Shown: positions 20,975 through 31,403 of the stretch, in pieces
Layout of the letters: each line of letters begins with the position of its first letter
Numbering within the stretch: position 1 is the first letter of the stretch
Assembly: GCA_963796195.1 (NCBI GenBank)
Contig: CAWCKS010000005.1
Location: 99,191 to 163,190 of the forward strand
DNA from: an uncultured Alphaproteobacteria bacterium
GTDB taxonomy: Bacteria; Pseudomonadota; Alphaproteobacteria; Rhizobiales; Xanthobacteraceae
Length of the DNA stretch: 64,000 nt
Reading direction: 5' to 3'
Made by a program: the position numbers and the translations under genes
The notes under the pieces: generated by a model
Database searches by the model: none
Told to the model about the DNA's origin: nothing
Seen by the model: only the letters and a program-made list of their open reading frames with translations

Positions 20975-21800
20975 ATGTGGTTCTTTAGAAAGCGAAGATT
21001 GGGTCAGACCGAGCGCCTCGAGATGGCGTTGAGGGACAAGCAGGAATTGCGGCAGAAACTGGCGCGACGCCTGAACACGGCGGAAATGTTCGTCACCGAC
21101 AGGCGCGAGGCCGGCGAGCGGCTCGCGCTCGACGGGGCCTCCGATGAAGCGCTCGGTCGTGCGGAGGCGAGCACCCGGGCCGCCGAGGATCGCGCCAGAA
21201 CCCTGCGCGCTGCCTTGGCGCAGCTCGAAGCGCAGATCACCGAGATGGAGCGCGAACTCGGCGCAACCGTCGAGCGGCGCTATCGCGATACCGTCGCCGA
21301 TACGCTGGAGACACTGGTTGCAGGAATTGCGCAAACGGCTCCCGGATATGACGGCGGCCGCGACGGCTTTGATCAGCGCGATTGCAAAGACAGCTGCCGC
21401 GCTGCCCGAGGCGACTGCCCTTACGGGAGACCTCGAGGCAATACGTCGGGAAGTCGACTCAGCGGTCACGCTGATGTGCACGGAGTTGCGGTCCATTGCC
21501 GCGCGCACGCGCTCGGGTGAAGCGAAAATCATATTCCGTGCGCCCGACGATCCGCAGGAGCCGTACCTATGGCAGGTCGAACGGGATGCGACCCTGGCGC
21601 TTCGCCTCGCCGGTCCGTCGGCCGGATCAGGTGCCGATGACGTCACCGCCGAAGCAGTCCCGACGACGGCCATCTCCGGGGATCCGACCGCCGAGTACGA
21701 GCCGTTCGAGCACGAGCCGTTTCCGCTTGCCGAACCGCCGCCGCCGTCCAACGAGGACTTCTCCACGGTCGATGTCGAGACGGCCAGGGCCGCAGCCTAG
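20975..21800 (+). pseudogene. Coiled-coil hypothetical protein, apparent frameshift near 21300
   Basis: MWFFRKRRLG... in ORF 20894..21520 is continued by the 21144..21800 frame. No family recognised. Confidence 0.35.
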
Positions 21801-21813
21801 CGATGCGCTGAAT

Positions 21814-22629
21814 CTAACTCTGTTGCCGCTGGATCAGCTCCATCGCTGCAGCCGGCGCGCGGACCTTGCCCTCGTGGATCACGTAGGCGAACACGTCGCG
21901 CGGCGTCTTCGGCGCGGACTTCTTGTCGACGCGCGGCAGGTCGTCCGGCTCGCCGCCGCTGGCCCATATCTGCAAACGCTTCGCCCACGCATCGAGCTGT
22001 TTTGGCGGATAGCCCGTCTTGAGGCTGTCGTCGCCCTTCTGCAGCCGCGCATAGACGAAGTCGGAGGTGAGGTCGGCGATCTCCGGATAGGTCTCGTGCT
22101 CGGAATAGACGATGCCAACATTGAACTTGCGCAGCAGCGCGATGAACGTCGGTGTCTTGAAACTGTCATGACGCACCTCGACGACATGGCGCAGCTTCTG
22201 CTGGCCGATCTCGTGCGGCAGCAGCTCGAGGAATTTTCCGAAATCGGCCTCGTCGAATTTCTTGAACGGCGCCATCTGCCAAAGCAGGGGGCCGAGATGG
22301 GCGCCGAGCTCGAGCACGCCGGAGCCGATGAAGCGGTTGATGAACTCGCCGGCCTCCGCCAGCACGCCGCGATTGGTGACATAGCGCAGGCCCTTCACCG
22401 AAAACACAAAGCCGTCGGGCACTTCAGAGGCCCATTTGCGATAGGTTGCCGGCGACTGGGTGCGGTAGAACGTACCGTTGATCTCAATCGAGGTCAGCTT
22501 GCTGGCCGCGTATTGCAGTTCCTTGGCGTGCGCAAGGCCCTCCGGATAGAACACGCCGCGCCAGGGTTCGAAGGTCCAGCCGCCTATCCCCGTGTAAATG
22601 CGGCCGGATTTTGTGGCGCTCTTTGCCAT
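21814..22629 (-). CDS. DUF72 domain protein
   Basis: IYTGIGGWTFEPWRGVFYP N-terminus and TIM-barrel-like conservation typical of DUF72. Confidence 0.7.
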   Translation of the reverse strand: MAKSATKSGRIYTGIGGWTFEPWRGVFYPEGLAHAKELQYAASKLTSIEINGTFYRTQSPATYRKWASEVPDGFVFSVKGLRYVTNRGVLAEAGEFINRFIGSGVLELGAHLGPLLWQMAPFKKFDEADFGKFLELLPHEIGQQKLRHVVEVRHDSFKTPTFIALLRKFNVGIVYSEHETYPEIADLTSDFVYARLQKGDDSLKTGYPPKQLDAWAKRLQIWASGGEPDDLPRVDKKSAPKTPRDVFAYVIHEGKVRAPAAAMELIQRQQS

Positions 22630-22889
22630 TGTTAACCCCTTGTCAACCAGTTCCGGTACACCATATATTCCCTAACAACAGCGTCGAAGCCGAAAGGCGT
22701 CCGTTGTTGGACGACCACGCTAGGCCCTGTGCGCCGGATGTACGCGCAAGACAGGGGCCCTGCCGTGGTCGTTGGCATTTTTGGGGGTCTGTTTCGGTCA
22801 GCAGGGATGAGCGCGCGACGCCCTGCAAGAGCCGCCTCCAGCCCGCCGAGCGAGGCGGACGACGCAGTCCGGCCAGCGCCCCGCCCGGT

Positions 22890-24659
22890 CTAATACTTCG
22901 GCGTGATGCGAAGGTTCGTTGCTGGCTTTGGGATATTGCCGTCCCGAATTCTGGGCTTCGTTCTCCACTGTCGTCCGAGGTCCGCAAGCTGGCGTCCGCG
23001 CGCCAGCATCGAGGGTAGATCTGCCGGAGACTGCTTGTATTCAGCGGGGTGCGGTGCATACGTGTTGAGAAAGTCACCAAACCCTGGCGTGGTGGGTGGC
23101 AGTCCGTCGTATGCGGTTGTGACGTCGTCGAGGGTCTCCTCTATTCGCGCCATCGCGACCAGAAATCGTCGCCATTTGTGCGCATCAAGGTCGAACTCAT
23201 CGCACAACTTTTGGCCGGCCGTTTCTCCGTAGTCCGTGAGTTTCTTTATCGTTGCTCTGATCCATCGCGAGGTTGAGGCCGCCCTCGTCGGACTTCAGGA
23301 CGATATGGACGATCCGTTCACGGTACCCGGGAAGAGTGCTTTGCAGATTGTCCTGCCAGTCCTTGGCTGAATCGATCAGCCTCATGACAAAGCCAAAGAT
23401 GCCGTCGATCGGTTGAATTGGAAGGTTGATCCCGCTCCTTGCCGACTGTGGCAACCATACCGGATCCTTTTTCGCGCTCTTTTTGTTGAAAGCATCGAGC
23501 GAGATCGCGAATGTGGGCGTGTTGGGCAGCAGCTTGTCGAAGAAATGGATCGGAAAATTGCTCGAGAGCCCGCCATCGCTGAACAGGCAGCGCCTGAGCT
23601 TGTTTTTCTCCGCCTCTTCAAGCGTGAAGTCTCGCTGCCAGAGAGGCACCGCCGAAATCAGTCCGGGGAAACTCAAACTCATGCGAGCGGCGACGATCAG
23701 CGGAAGGTTTTCGGCTGGAGGGAAATAGTAGAATTCGACCACTTTCGCCGGCCTGTTGCTCGTACGGTTTGCAGGTGGTGGTGAGATAGTCGATGACGCG
23801 CGCCGGAAACAACCTGGCCCACTCCGTTCGTTCGAAGACGAATCTGACGTTCGTGCAACATCGGCAAGGTGTAGGGATGACGTTCCATCAGGCTGGTCGT
23901 CACCATTTGCAGATGGATGGCAGGTCGACCTTCGGGTCGATTCAATAGCGAGCCAAACGTCAGAGGTCCCTCAACGGCGGCCGTCTCATCAATCAGTCGC
24001 GCGAGCCAGTCCGTGAAGCCTTCAGGCTGGTTGTCGGCCTGCCGGATGCCGGGACACAATCCATAATCATTCTGCGGAAGTTCGGTCAGTATCGTTCCGA
24101 CCAGGCCAGAGACTATCGCGGCGACGAGTCCGAGGGTCGCGATCGTCAGTCCGAGAAGAACAAATCCGGCGCTACCGGCGAAAGCGCCCAATATCAAAAC
24201 AACGACGCCCGGAATGGATCCTGTAACGGCAACCCGCCAATACCCTCGCAAGGCAGCCAGCATTGCAGAGCCAATTCGTTGAAAAAGGCTCTTCGCCGTC
24301 AGCAGCGCGAGGAAGATATTGAAGATCGGCCGCAGAGGCGGGGACGGCTGAAACAGCGACAACAGGCGCGGCCCGATCTCGTTCGGGACCTGTCGCAGCC
24401 GGGTGAAGCCCGCCTTTGGTGTGCCGCGGCCAAACTCCGCGGCGGCGGCAATCGCGGCGGCGATCGCCCCGGCGGATGTCCCGCCGATGTTCGAGAAGCG
24501 GAATTTCTTCGACAGTTCAACGAGCGCCAGCGGATAGACAACGCCGCTGGTTATCCCGCCTTTCATCACGATGTCGCAGGCGTCGGCAGGTGTCGCTTCG
24601 GAAGCCGTTTGCCCGTTCGCGTCGTGTTCGCCGATGTCCGGATTGCCGTTCGCAGGCAT
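22890..24659 (-). pseudogene. Patatin-like phospholipase with internal TM segment; 2 frameshifts (near 23740 and 23200)
   Basis: GGxxxG oxyanion motif MKGGITSGVV, nucleophile GTSAG, catalytic FSDGG in the next frame (23197..23742), C-terminal piece in 22890..23207. Noticeably lower GC than surrounding genes. Confidence 0.65.
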
Positions 24660-24762
24660 GATCGAGGTTCCCCCCGCTGGTCACAAGCTCAACCTCGAAT
24701 TGCATCCTAGGCGAACTTGCGCGAGGCGTCCAAGGCCTTCTTCTGACCGCACGAGCCGAACG

Positions 24763-25614
24763 TCACGGCTCCGCCAGACACGCGAGGCAGCGAATGCCGC
24801 CATCTTCGGTGCGGATCAGGTAGGGGCGGCCGCAACTCGTGCAGGTGCATTGATCATCCGGCAACAGCGGAATCGGTGGCGGGTTGGTCCTTATCGCGGC
24901 GAGCTGCAACAGGTTGACGCCGCAGCGCACGATCTCGAACGGCGGCAGCTTTGATTGTCCGCTGTTACGGTCACGGAAATGAATTGGCAGCTCGGCGATC
25001 TTCAGGCCGGCGCGCGCAAAGCGCGCCATGCAGCTTAAGAAGAACGCATAGCCGTCGCGCAGCATGGATTCGACGAGACCTTCGGGCACCTTGTCCAGTT
25101 TCGCCGCGCGTAACGATGTGGTCTGCTCATACGTCGGCATCGCGAGCAGGGAGCGTGCCACGATGTTGGCGGTGCGGCTGACGGCGAGACGCCAGCCGGA
25201 ATAATCGAGCCGGCCCCCGGCAATGAAGCGCGAGCCGATCGCGACGTCGGCGCCGGCATCGAGCGCGTCGAGCAGCCGCGGCACGTCGGCCGGATCGTGC
25301 GACAGGTCGGCGTCGAGCGTGACGATGCGGGCATAGCCGGCGCGGCGGGCGTACAGCCAGCCGAGCTGGTGCGCCGAGCCAATGCCGAGCTTGCCCTTGC
25401 GGCGGATCAGGTGAACTTGCGGATGCATTTTGGCGCGCGCCAGGATTTCGTCCTGGGTGCAGTCGGTCGACCCGTCATCGACAATGATGATGTCGAACGG
25501 GCGTGGCGAGGCCAGAAGGCCGTCGAGCAGGGGGCCGATCGAACCGCCTTCATTGTAGGTCGGCGTGCACACCAGCGTGTCGGAGCGGCGCTCCGGCAAA
25601 TTCACGATCGCCAT
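24763..25614 (-). CDS. Glycosyltransferase family 2 (polyprenol-phosphate mannosyl/glucosyltransferase-like) with C-terminal Cys4 zinc-ribbon-like tail
   Basis: VCTPTYNE...IIVDDGSTD...DADLSH (DxD). C-terminal CTCTSCG...CLAC. Start MAIVNL at 25614, 6 nt after the MFS stop. Confidence 0.7.
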   Translation of the reverse strand: MAIVNLPERRSDTLVCTPTYNEGGSIGPLLDGLLASPRPFDIIIVDDGSTDCTQDEILARAKMHPQVHLIRRKGKLGIGSAHQLGWLYARRAGYARIVTLDADLSHDPADVPRLLDALDAGADVAIGSRFIAGGRLDYSGWRLAVSRTANIVARSLLAMPTYEQTTSLRAAKLDKVPEGLVESMLRDGYAFFLSCMARFARAGLKIAELPIHFRDRNSGQSKLPPFEIVRCGVNLLQLAAIRTNPPPIPLLPDDQCTCTSCGRPYLIRTEDGGIRCLACLAEP

Positions 25615-25619
25615 CGGAC

Positions 25620-27302
25620 TTACGCTCCGCTGGCCGATGCCGATTGCGGCGCGGTCGGCGCGACGTCGCTCGCCATCTCGCCGGCGTGAATATCGGGAGT
25701 CTCGTCCTTCCAGCGCACCGAACCGAACGGCCGTTCCAGCATGCGGCGGATGCGCACCGGATCGGGACCGACGTGCAGCTCCTGCGCCTTGCGCGTAATG
25801 GCGCGCTCGGCCTGGGTCGGGCGATTGCGCAGCCTGAGATAATCGTGCCAGGTCGGACAGTGATAGCGCTCGGTCCACAGCTCGGGATCGGTGATGTCGC
25901 GCGCGATCGACCAGCCATAGGCGCCGTTGCGCTGCCGGTTCAACTGCACTTCCTGCATGATGCCGTAGAAGGCGCGCGCGTCGCTGGTCTTGATGCGATA
26001 CTCGATCTCGACGATGACGGGGCCGGAGCGCGGCGTCAGTGCGAGATGCACTTCCGGATCGGCAACGGTTTCGGCGGCGTCACGTGCTTCGGGATCGACG
26101 TCGGGCACGCGCACCCAGATCGCGACCAATGGCGATACGCACATTGCAAGCCCGGCAATCGTCATCGCATTGGCAATGCCGATGTGGTCGGCGGTGGTGC
26201 CCCACAGATACGCGCCGAGCGCGAGGCCTGCGGAGTTCGAGCTGCGGAAGCCGGCGAGTGCGCGGCCCGCCACCCAGCGCGGCGCCGAGGTCTGGATCGA
26301 GATGTTGAACAACGCCATCGACAGCATCCAGCCGGCGCCGGCCAGCAGCAGGGCAAACGCAGTCAGTACCTGACTGTGGCTGAGCGAGGCCGCCAGCGTG
26401 CCGACCCCCATCATCAACAGCGCCACCCGCACCGCGGCTTCACCGTCGAAGCGCGTCTTGAGCTGGTTGATGTTGAGCGCGCCGAGGATCGCGCCGATGC
26501 CGAACGCACCCAGCATCACGCCGTAGGATGGCGCGCCGCCGCCGAGCACGTTGCGCACGAGTAGCGGCAGCAGCGCGAAGATCGAGCCGCCGAGTAGCCC
26601 CGTCAGCATCGAGCGCATCATCACCGTGCGCATCGTCGGCGCGTAAATGACGTAGCGCACGCCGGAGATGATGGCGCGGGTCAGCGTTTCAGGCGGCAGC
26701 CGCGAGACCTCCGGCTTGCGGCGCCAGAGATACAGCACGATGAGCAGCGGCAGGTAGGCCAACGCGTTGGCGCCGAACGCGGCCTGCGCCCCGGCGGCCG
26801 CGACGATGATACCGCCGATCGCCGGGCCAAAACTGCGGGCGATGTTGTAGGAAATGCTGTTCAGCGCGATCGCGGCCGGCAGCATTTGCGAGGTCACCTG
26901 TTCGTTGACTGACGATTGCCAGGCCGGGCCGAACAAGGCCATGCCGCTGCCGATGATGAAGCTGAAGGCGAGCAGGTTGAACGGCGTGATCAGGCCGAAC
27001 CAGGCGAGTGCCGACAGCGCGACCGATCCGATCAGCGTGATGACGAGCGCGACCAGGCCGACGAGGCGGCGGTCGTACATGTCGGCGATGGCGCCGGCCG
27101 GAATCGAGATCAACATGATCGGCAGCGTGGTCGCGGTCTGCACCAGCGCCACCATGTCGGCCGACGAGGTCATCAGCGTCATCGCCCAGGCGGCGCCGAC
27201 GCCCTGGATCAGCGAACCGAAATTGGACAACAGGCTCGCGAGCCAGATGCGCCGAAACACTGTTTGCTTGAGCGGCGCGCCGATCTGGTCATCACGAAAC
27301 AT
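25620..27302 (-). CDS. MFS transporter (EntS/enterobactin-exporter-like, 12 TM) with ~170-aa cytoplasmic C-terminal extension
   Basis: MFS_1 topology. C-terminal soluble domain of unknown function. Confidence 0.7.
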   Translation of the reverse strand: MFRDDQIGAPLKQTVFRRIWLASLLSNFGSLIQGVGAAWAMTLMTSSADMVALVQTATTLPIMLISIPAGAIADMYDRRLVGLVALVITLIGSVALSALAWFGLITPFNLLAFSFIIGSGMALFGPAWQSSVNEQVTSQMLPAAIALNSISYNIARSFGPAIGGIIVAAAGAQAAFGANALAYLPLLIVLYLWRRKPEVSRLPPETLTRAIISGVRYVIYAPTMRTVMMRSMLTGLLGGSIFALLPLLVRNVLGGGAPSYGVMLGAFGIGAILGALNINQLKTRFDGEAAVRVALLMMGVGTLAASLSHSQVLTAFALLLAGAGWMLSMALFNISIQTSAPRWVAGRALAGFRSSNSAGLALGAYLWGTTADHIGIANAMTIAGLAMCVSPLVAIWVRVPDVDPEARDAAETVADPEVHLALTPRSGPVIVEIEYRIKTSDARAFYGIMQEVQLNRQRNGAYGWSIARDITDPELWTERYHCPTWHDYLRLRNRPTQAERAITRKAQELHVGPDPVRIRRMLERPFGSVRWKDETPDIHAGEMASDVAPTAPQSASASGA

Positions 27303-27338
27303 CGTGGAAAGGGATCTCGTCTTGGCAACGGCTTATCT

Positions 27339-27380
27339 CCTCGTCCTGAGGAGCGCGAAAGCGCGTCTCGAAGGATGAGG
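27339..27380. repeat. Palindromic repeat element cctcatcctgaggagcg.gaaagc.cgtctcgaaggatgagg (second copy at 35894..35934)
   Basis: Two ~42-bp near-identical copies in intergenic regions. Internal inverted repeat. Confidence 0.55.
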
Positions 27381-28236
27381 CCCATGTGCCGCCGCGTCGG
27401 TGGCCTCATGGTTCGAGACGTATCGCGTTCGCGATACTCCTCACCATGAGGAGGAAGGACAACCTATAGCCGCTTTAGCAGCCGGAACAACCGCTTAGCC
27501 TGTGGTGCTAACGCGCCCGAGCGGCGCTTTTATCGGCAAGGGGCAGGTGAAGGAAGTGCGTAATGGCTAAAAAATCGCTGCAACCCGACCGATTCGGCGA
27601 GCCGAATCGAGGGAGTGTTGTTGCGGTCGACCTGGCTGACCGTACCGGGTGCGTTGCGGCACTGGGGGGTCCAGCTAAGAATTGTGCCTTCTCAAACCAG
27701 AAAGGCCATAGACATGAACAAACGATTCGAAAGCGTAGATCGGACCGGCCTAGATCAACAGATCTGGGCTTGGCGCAACGAACATTCCGAATTTAGGATC
27801 ACTAAAATCCGTGCTGTCGAACGGTTACCGCTCCAAATGAAATCGCCGCGTCCCCATCAATTGATCATGCCGACAAACACAGTTGCGGTGTTTGTCGAAT
27901 ACGAGCTGGCGGCGTAGTCATTAGCCAGAGACTAGATTTTCCGGAAAAGATGCGGCGGGGTGGCAGCCCCGCTTGCATCGCATCGCGTTAGACGAAATCT
28001 AACCAGCGGGCCAAAGCCGCCGACCCGAGTGGCTCGTCACGAATAATTGATCTGAGGCGATCGAATAAATGCGATCAGTTGAAGGCAAGGTTTCCCGTGG
28101 CGGGCAAGAGCGAATCTGCGACGTGGGCGTGAATGCTCGATAACTGCCGCATTGCGATGTCGTTCATTCGATTCGGCGTCCAATGTTTCTGTTCGTCTTC
28201 ACCCCTCAAGGAAACTTAGCTCGGGAGGCCTCAACG

Positions 28237-28544
28237 TGTTGAGAACTTTTGCTTTGACTGTCGCGTTTGCTCTTTCGGTTTCGACCTTTGCAAATGCCTC
28301 GATGTTGCCGGCGCCGGTCGCGCCCGGCAGCACGCCGATCATCAAGGTCGCAGAGAATTGCGGACCGGGCTTCTGGCGCGGACCGCAGGGCTTCTGCCAT
28401 CCGTTTGCCAACAATCGTGCCTGCCCGGTTGGCTTTCATGTCGGCCCCGAGGGCCAGCGCTGCTGGCCGAACGCCGGCTTTGAGCGCGCCTGTCCTCCGG
28501 GATTCCATGTTGGACCTGAGGGTGCGCGCTGCTGGCCGAATTGA
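28237..28544 (+). CDS. Secreted Cys-rich tandem-repeat protein (GCG_CRPN prefix-to-repeats-like)
   Basis: GGGAGG RBS then a GTG/TTG start. Signal peptide. ENCGPGFWRG...FCHP, then two 17-aa repeats ACP(V/P)GFHVGPEG(Q/A)RCWPN. Confidence 0.5.
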
Positions 28545-28630
28545 GCTGCCAATAACGCAAAAGATTTGATGTTGTTGATCGGGCGCGCCGCCAATGGTGC
28601 GCCCGATCGACGTTTGCGGCTTTGAGCGGC

Positions 28631-29021
28631 TCAAAACAGTCCGTTGTCGTTCAGCGGCGGAAACAGCGCCACCGGGATTTCCTGAATCACATCCCAGTGC
28701 TCGACCACCTTGCCGTCTTCGACACGGAAGATGTCGACGATCATCCGCCCCGGCGAATTCGGAATCACCACCGAGTGGACGTGCAGCACGACGAGATCGC
28801 CCTCTGCGATCACCCGCTTGATCTCGTTTCGCGCGTTCGGATATTTCTCGCGGCGGAAGCGAATGAAGCGCAAAAAACCCTCGATGCCGTCGGGCACATG
28901 CGGGTTGTGCTGAATATATCTGTCCCCGAGGAAAGCGCGCGCTTTCTCAGGGTTCTTCTCGTTCAGCGCAGCCTCATAGAATTTAACCACGATATCGCGC
29001 GACGTGTTGGTGTCGGGCACG
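28631..29021 (-). CDS. SnoaL-like / ester cyclase (NTF2 superfamily) protein
   Basis: Start GTG at 29021 after GGAGGAGGGAG. DIVVKFYEAALNEKNPEKA...HNPH...VAEGDLVVLHV is typical of ester cyclases. Confidence 0.6.
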
Positions 29022-29118
29022 GCTCCCTCCTCCGCTGATCCATCTCTCTTTTCAGGTCGATGGATCGCGAGGTCAAGCCGCCAAGGACGCCGCAGCAGGT
29101 CGATTTTCGGCGCTCGGG

Positions 29119-29772
29119 CTAATTTGCGACGGCCCGCGCGAGCTTCCGCGGCGGCAGCGTCTTCAACAGCGCCTGCTCCAGTGTCACCGCCGTCTTGATC
29201 GTCTGACGCTCCAACATCCGCGCAAGATAGGTAGTGAGCGTCGGCCACTGGCCAAGCTCGACGCCACCATATTTCAGCAGCAGCAGAGCCCAGGCGAGAT
29301 AGCCGTCCGCGATCGTGAAACGTTCGCCAACGACGTATTGCCGCTGTTGCAGATGGTTTGCCACGATCGTTACGTTCTGATTGATACGCTGGCGTGCCGC
29401 GGCCTTGGCGGCATCGTTGTCATACCAGAAGGTCGGAAACAGAAACGCCTTGTGGATCTCGGTGCCGATGAAACTCAACCATTCCTGCAGGCGATAGCGG
29501 TCGGGAGCACCAGCCGGCGGTGCAAGAAGAAGCTCTGGTTTCAGGTCAGCGATGTATTGAAGCACAGCGGCACTCTCGGTCAGACGCTCGCCACTGTCGA
29601 GTTCCAGTACTGGCACCGCGCCCTTCGGAGCGACGTCGAGAAAGTCGCCGCCGCTTGCGACAAGCTTCTTTGTGAAAATATCCACGAGCTCGTAACGAGC
29701 ATCGATGCCGGCTTCCATCAACGCGATCCGGCTCGCGAGCGAACAGGCCAGGGGGTAGAAGTAAAGCTTCAT
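29119..29772 (-). CDS. Glutathione S-transferase
   Basis: MKLYFYPLACSLASRIALMEAG N-terminal thioredoxin fold. GST_C. Confidence 0.8.
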   Translation of the reverse strand: MKLYFYPLACSLASRIALMEAGIDARYELVDIFTKKLVASGGDFLDVAPKGAVPVLELDSGERLTESAAVLQYIADLKPELLLAPPAGAPDRYRLQEWLSFIGTEIHKAFLFPTFWYDNDAAKAAARQRINQNVTIVANHLQQRQYVVGERFTIADGYLAWALLLLKYGGVELGQWPTLTTYLARMLERQTIKTAVTLEQALLKTLPPRKLARAVAN

Positions 29773-29905
29773 CATGGTGGGTGATGTCCTCAAAGATCGG
29801 AAATTGCGTTGAGGATAGCTGGCGAATATCCTGCTTTCACGCAGGACTATTGCAGCGAATGGCTGCGGATTTGCAGGAGGTGCGCGATCACGCTAGAACG
29901 GTGCC

Positions 29906-30748
29906 ATGAACTGGGACGATCTCCGCATCATCGCGGCCGTGCACGAGGCCGGCAGCTTTGCCGGCGCCGGCACGTCCTTGCGCGTCGACGAGACGACGGT
30001 GGCGCGGCGGCTGTCGCGCATCGAGCGCGCGCTGGGCTTGCGGCTGTTCGAAGCGGTCGACGGCCGGCGCAAGCCGACGGCGCAATGCGAGGCCGTGCTG
30101 GCGCATGTCCAGGCGATGGCTGGTCAAATTGCCGCGATCGGCAAGATCGGCGCGAAGGGAGCAGGGCTCACCGGCCGCTTTCGCATCGCGAGCACGCACA
30201 CGATCGCCGAAGAATTTCTTGCGCCACGCGCCGGCGTGTTCCTCTCACGCAATGAAGGCTTGGCACTGCAATTCCTGACTTCGAGCGACAACGTAAAATT
30301 CTCGCGCTGGGAGGCGGACTTTGCGATCCGGCTGCGCAAACCGGAGAAGGGTGATTTTACGATTTCGAAGCTCGGCGAGCTCGCGCTCTACTTCATCGAG
30401 CCGGCAACCGATGTGGTCGAAAACCCGATCGTGTGCGGTTACCCGGACATGCTCGACCTCATTCCGGAGGCGCAATTCCTCGAGAGCCGCGGCTTGAAAG
30501 AAGGCTCGCGCTGCATCACCGACAATGTCCGCGTCATCCACGCGCTGCTGCAATCGCATCGGGCGGTCGGCATCCTGCCCGACTATTTGTGTGGCGCGCT
30601 GCTTGCCGATCGTCGCCTGCGCCTGACCGAGTTGAAGCGGCGGCGCGAGATGTGGCTTCTGGTGCAGAACCATCTCAAGCGCGATGGCGCCGCGCGTCTC
30701 GTTATCGACTGGATCCGCGACGGCTTTTCCGATCTCTCACGCGGCTGA
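29906..30748 (+). CDS. LysR family transcriptional regulator (divergent from GST)
   Basis: N-terminal wHTH MNWDDLRIIAAVHEAGSFAGAG...VDETTVARRL. LysR substrate-binding domain. Confidence 0.8.
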   Translation: MNWDDLRIIAAVHEAGSFAGAGTSLRVDETTVARRLSRIERALGLRLFEAVDGRRKPTAQCEAVLAHVQAMAGQIAAIGKIGAKGAGLTGRFRIASTHTIAEEFLAPRAGVFLSRNEGLALQFLTSSDNVKFSRWEADFAIRLRKPEKGDFTISKLGELALYFIEPATDVVENPIVCGYPDMLDLIPEAQFLESRGLKEGSRCITDNVRVIHALLQSHRAVGILPDYLCGALLADRRLRLTELKRRREMWLLVQNHLKRDGAARLVIDWIRDGFSDLSRG

Positions 30749-30997
30749 GCTTTGTCGCTGGCAGTCGGTGAACTGAATTGCCAGCGCGTTGCGCGAATGC
30801 AACGCCATGGTGGCACGCGACAAATCTTTCATTGAGCCACTTGCGTGCACCTTCGAATTGCCCTATGAGCCGCGTCCCTTGCATCGGCCTCGTGTCCGGG
30901 TTCTGAGCCCGGCTGGCGCGATCCGCACTGCGGTGTTCGTGTTCCGCTGATGTCTGGGAGACCGGCCTGTCTGCCCTGAAAGCAAATGGCCGCAACC

Positions 30998-31070
30998 GCA
31001 AGGATAGCTCAGTTGGGTAGAGCAGATGAATTTAATCATCGTGTCGCGGGTTCGATTCCCGCTCCAGTGC
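30998..31070 (+). other. tRNA-like element: intact D-arm and T-arm, but acceptor stem unpaired (3/7) and 6-nt anticodon loop; pseudo-tRNA or integration-site remnant
   Basis: TAGCTCAGTTGGGTAGAGC and GCGGGTTCGATTCCCGC are canonical. The 5' gcaagga versus 3' tccagtg do not pair. Anticodon arm is gatga-atttaa-tcatc. Confidence 0.4.
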
Positions 31071-31403
31071 TCCGGTTTAGCCTGAAAAGCTAAATTCCTC
31101 TGAAGGGGACCGGACGCGCAGTTTCAGTCGCTGTCCGGTCGTCGTGCCCAAAAGGCATTCCGTCCGAACAAAGACACCGTGAGACCGGCTTGCGCCGGGG
31201 CGGATACCGCCTGCGCGTGACGTCGGGTCCGCCGTTCGCTGATGCCGCGCTCGCACGGCGGGCGCGAACGCGCGAGCCCAACGCTGCGCGTGGCTCAAGC
31301 CGCGGCCCGTCGGGCTTTGCGGGAAGCACGCGTCCGGGACCTGTCCTCGCAGCAATGAAGCAAACCGCGCGAGCGTTTCGCGCGGCAACGAAGGAGACGT
31401 GTC

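Noticed and set aside
30998-31070. Calling this a functional tRNA gene
   Set aside because: Acceptor stem pairs at only 3 of 7 positions and the anticodon loop is 6 nt. Kept as a tRNA-like element only.
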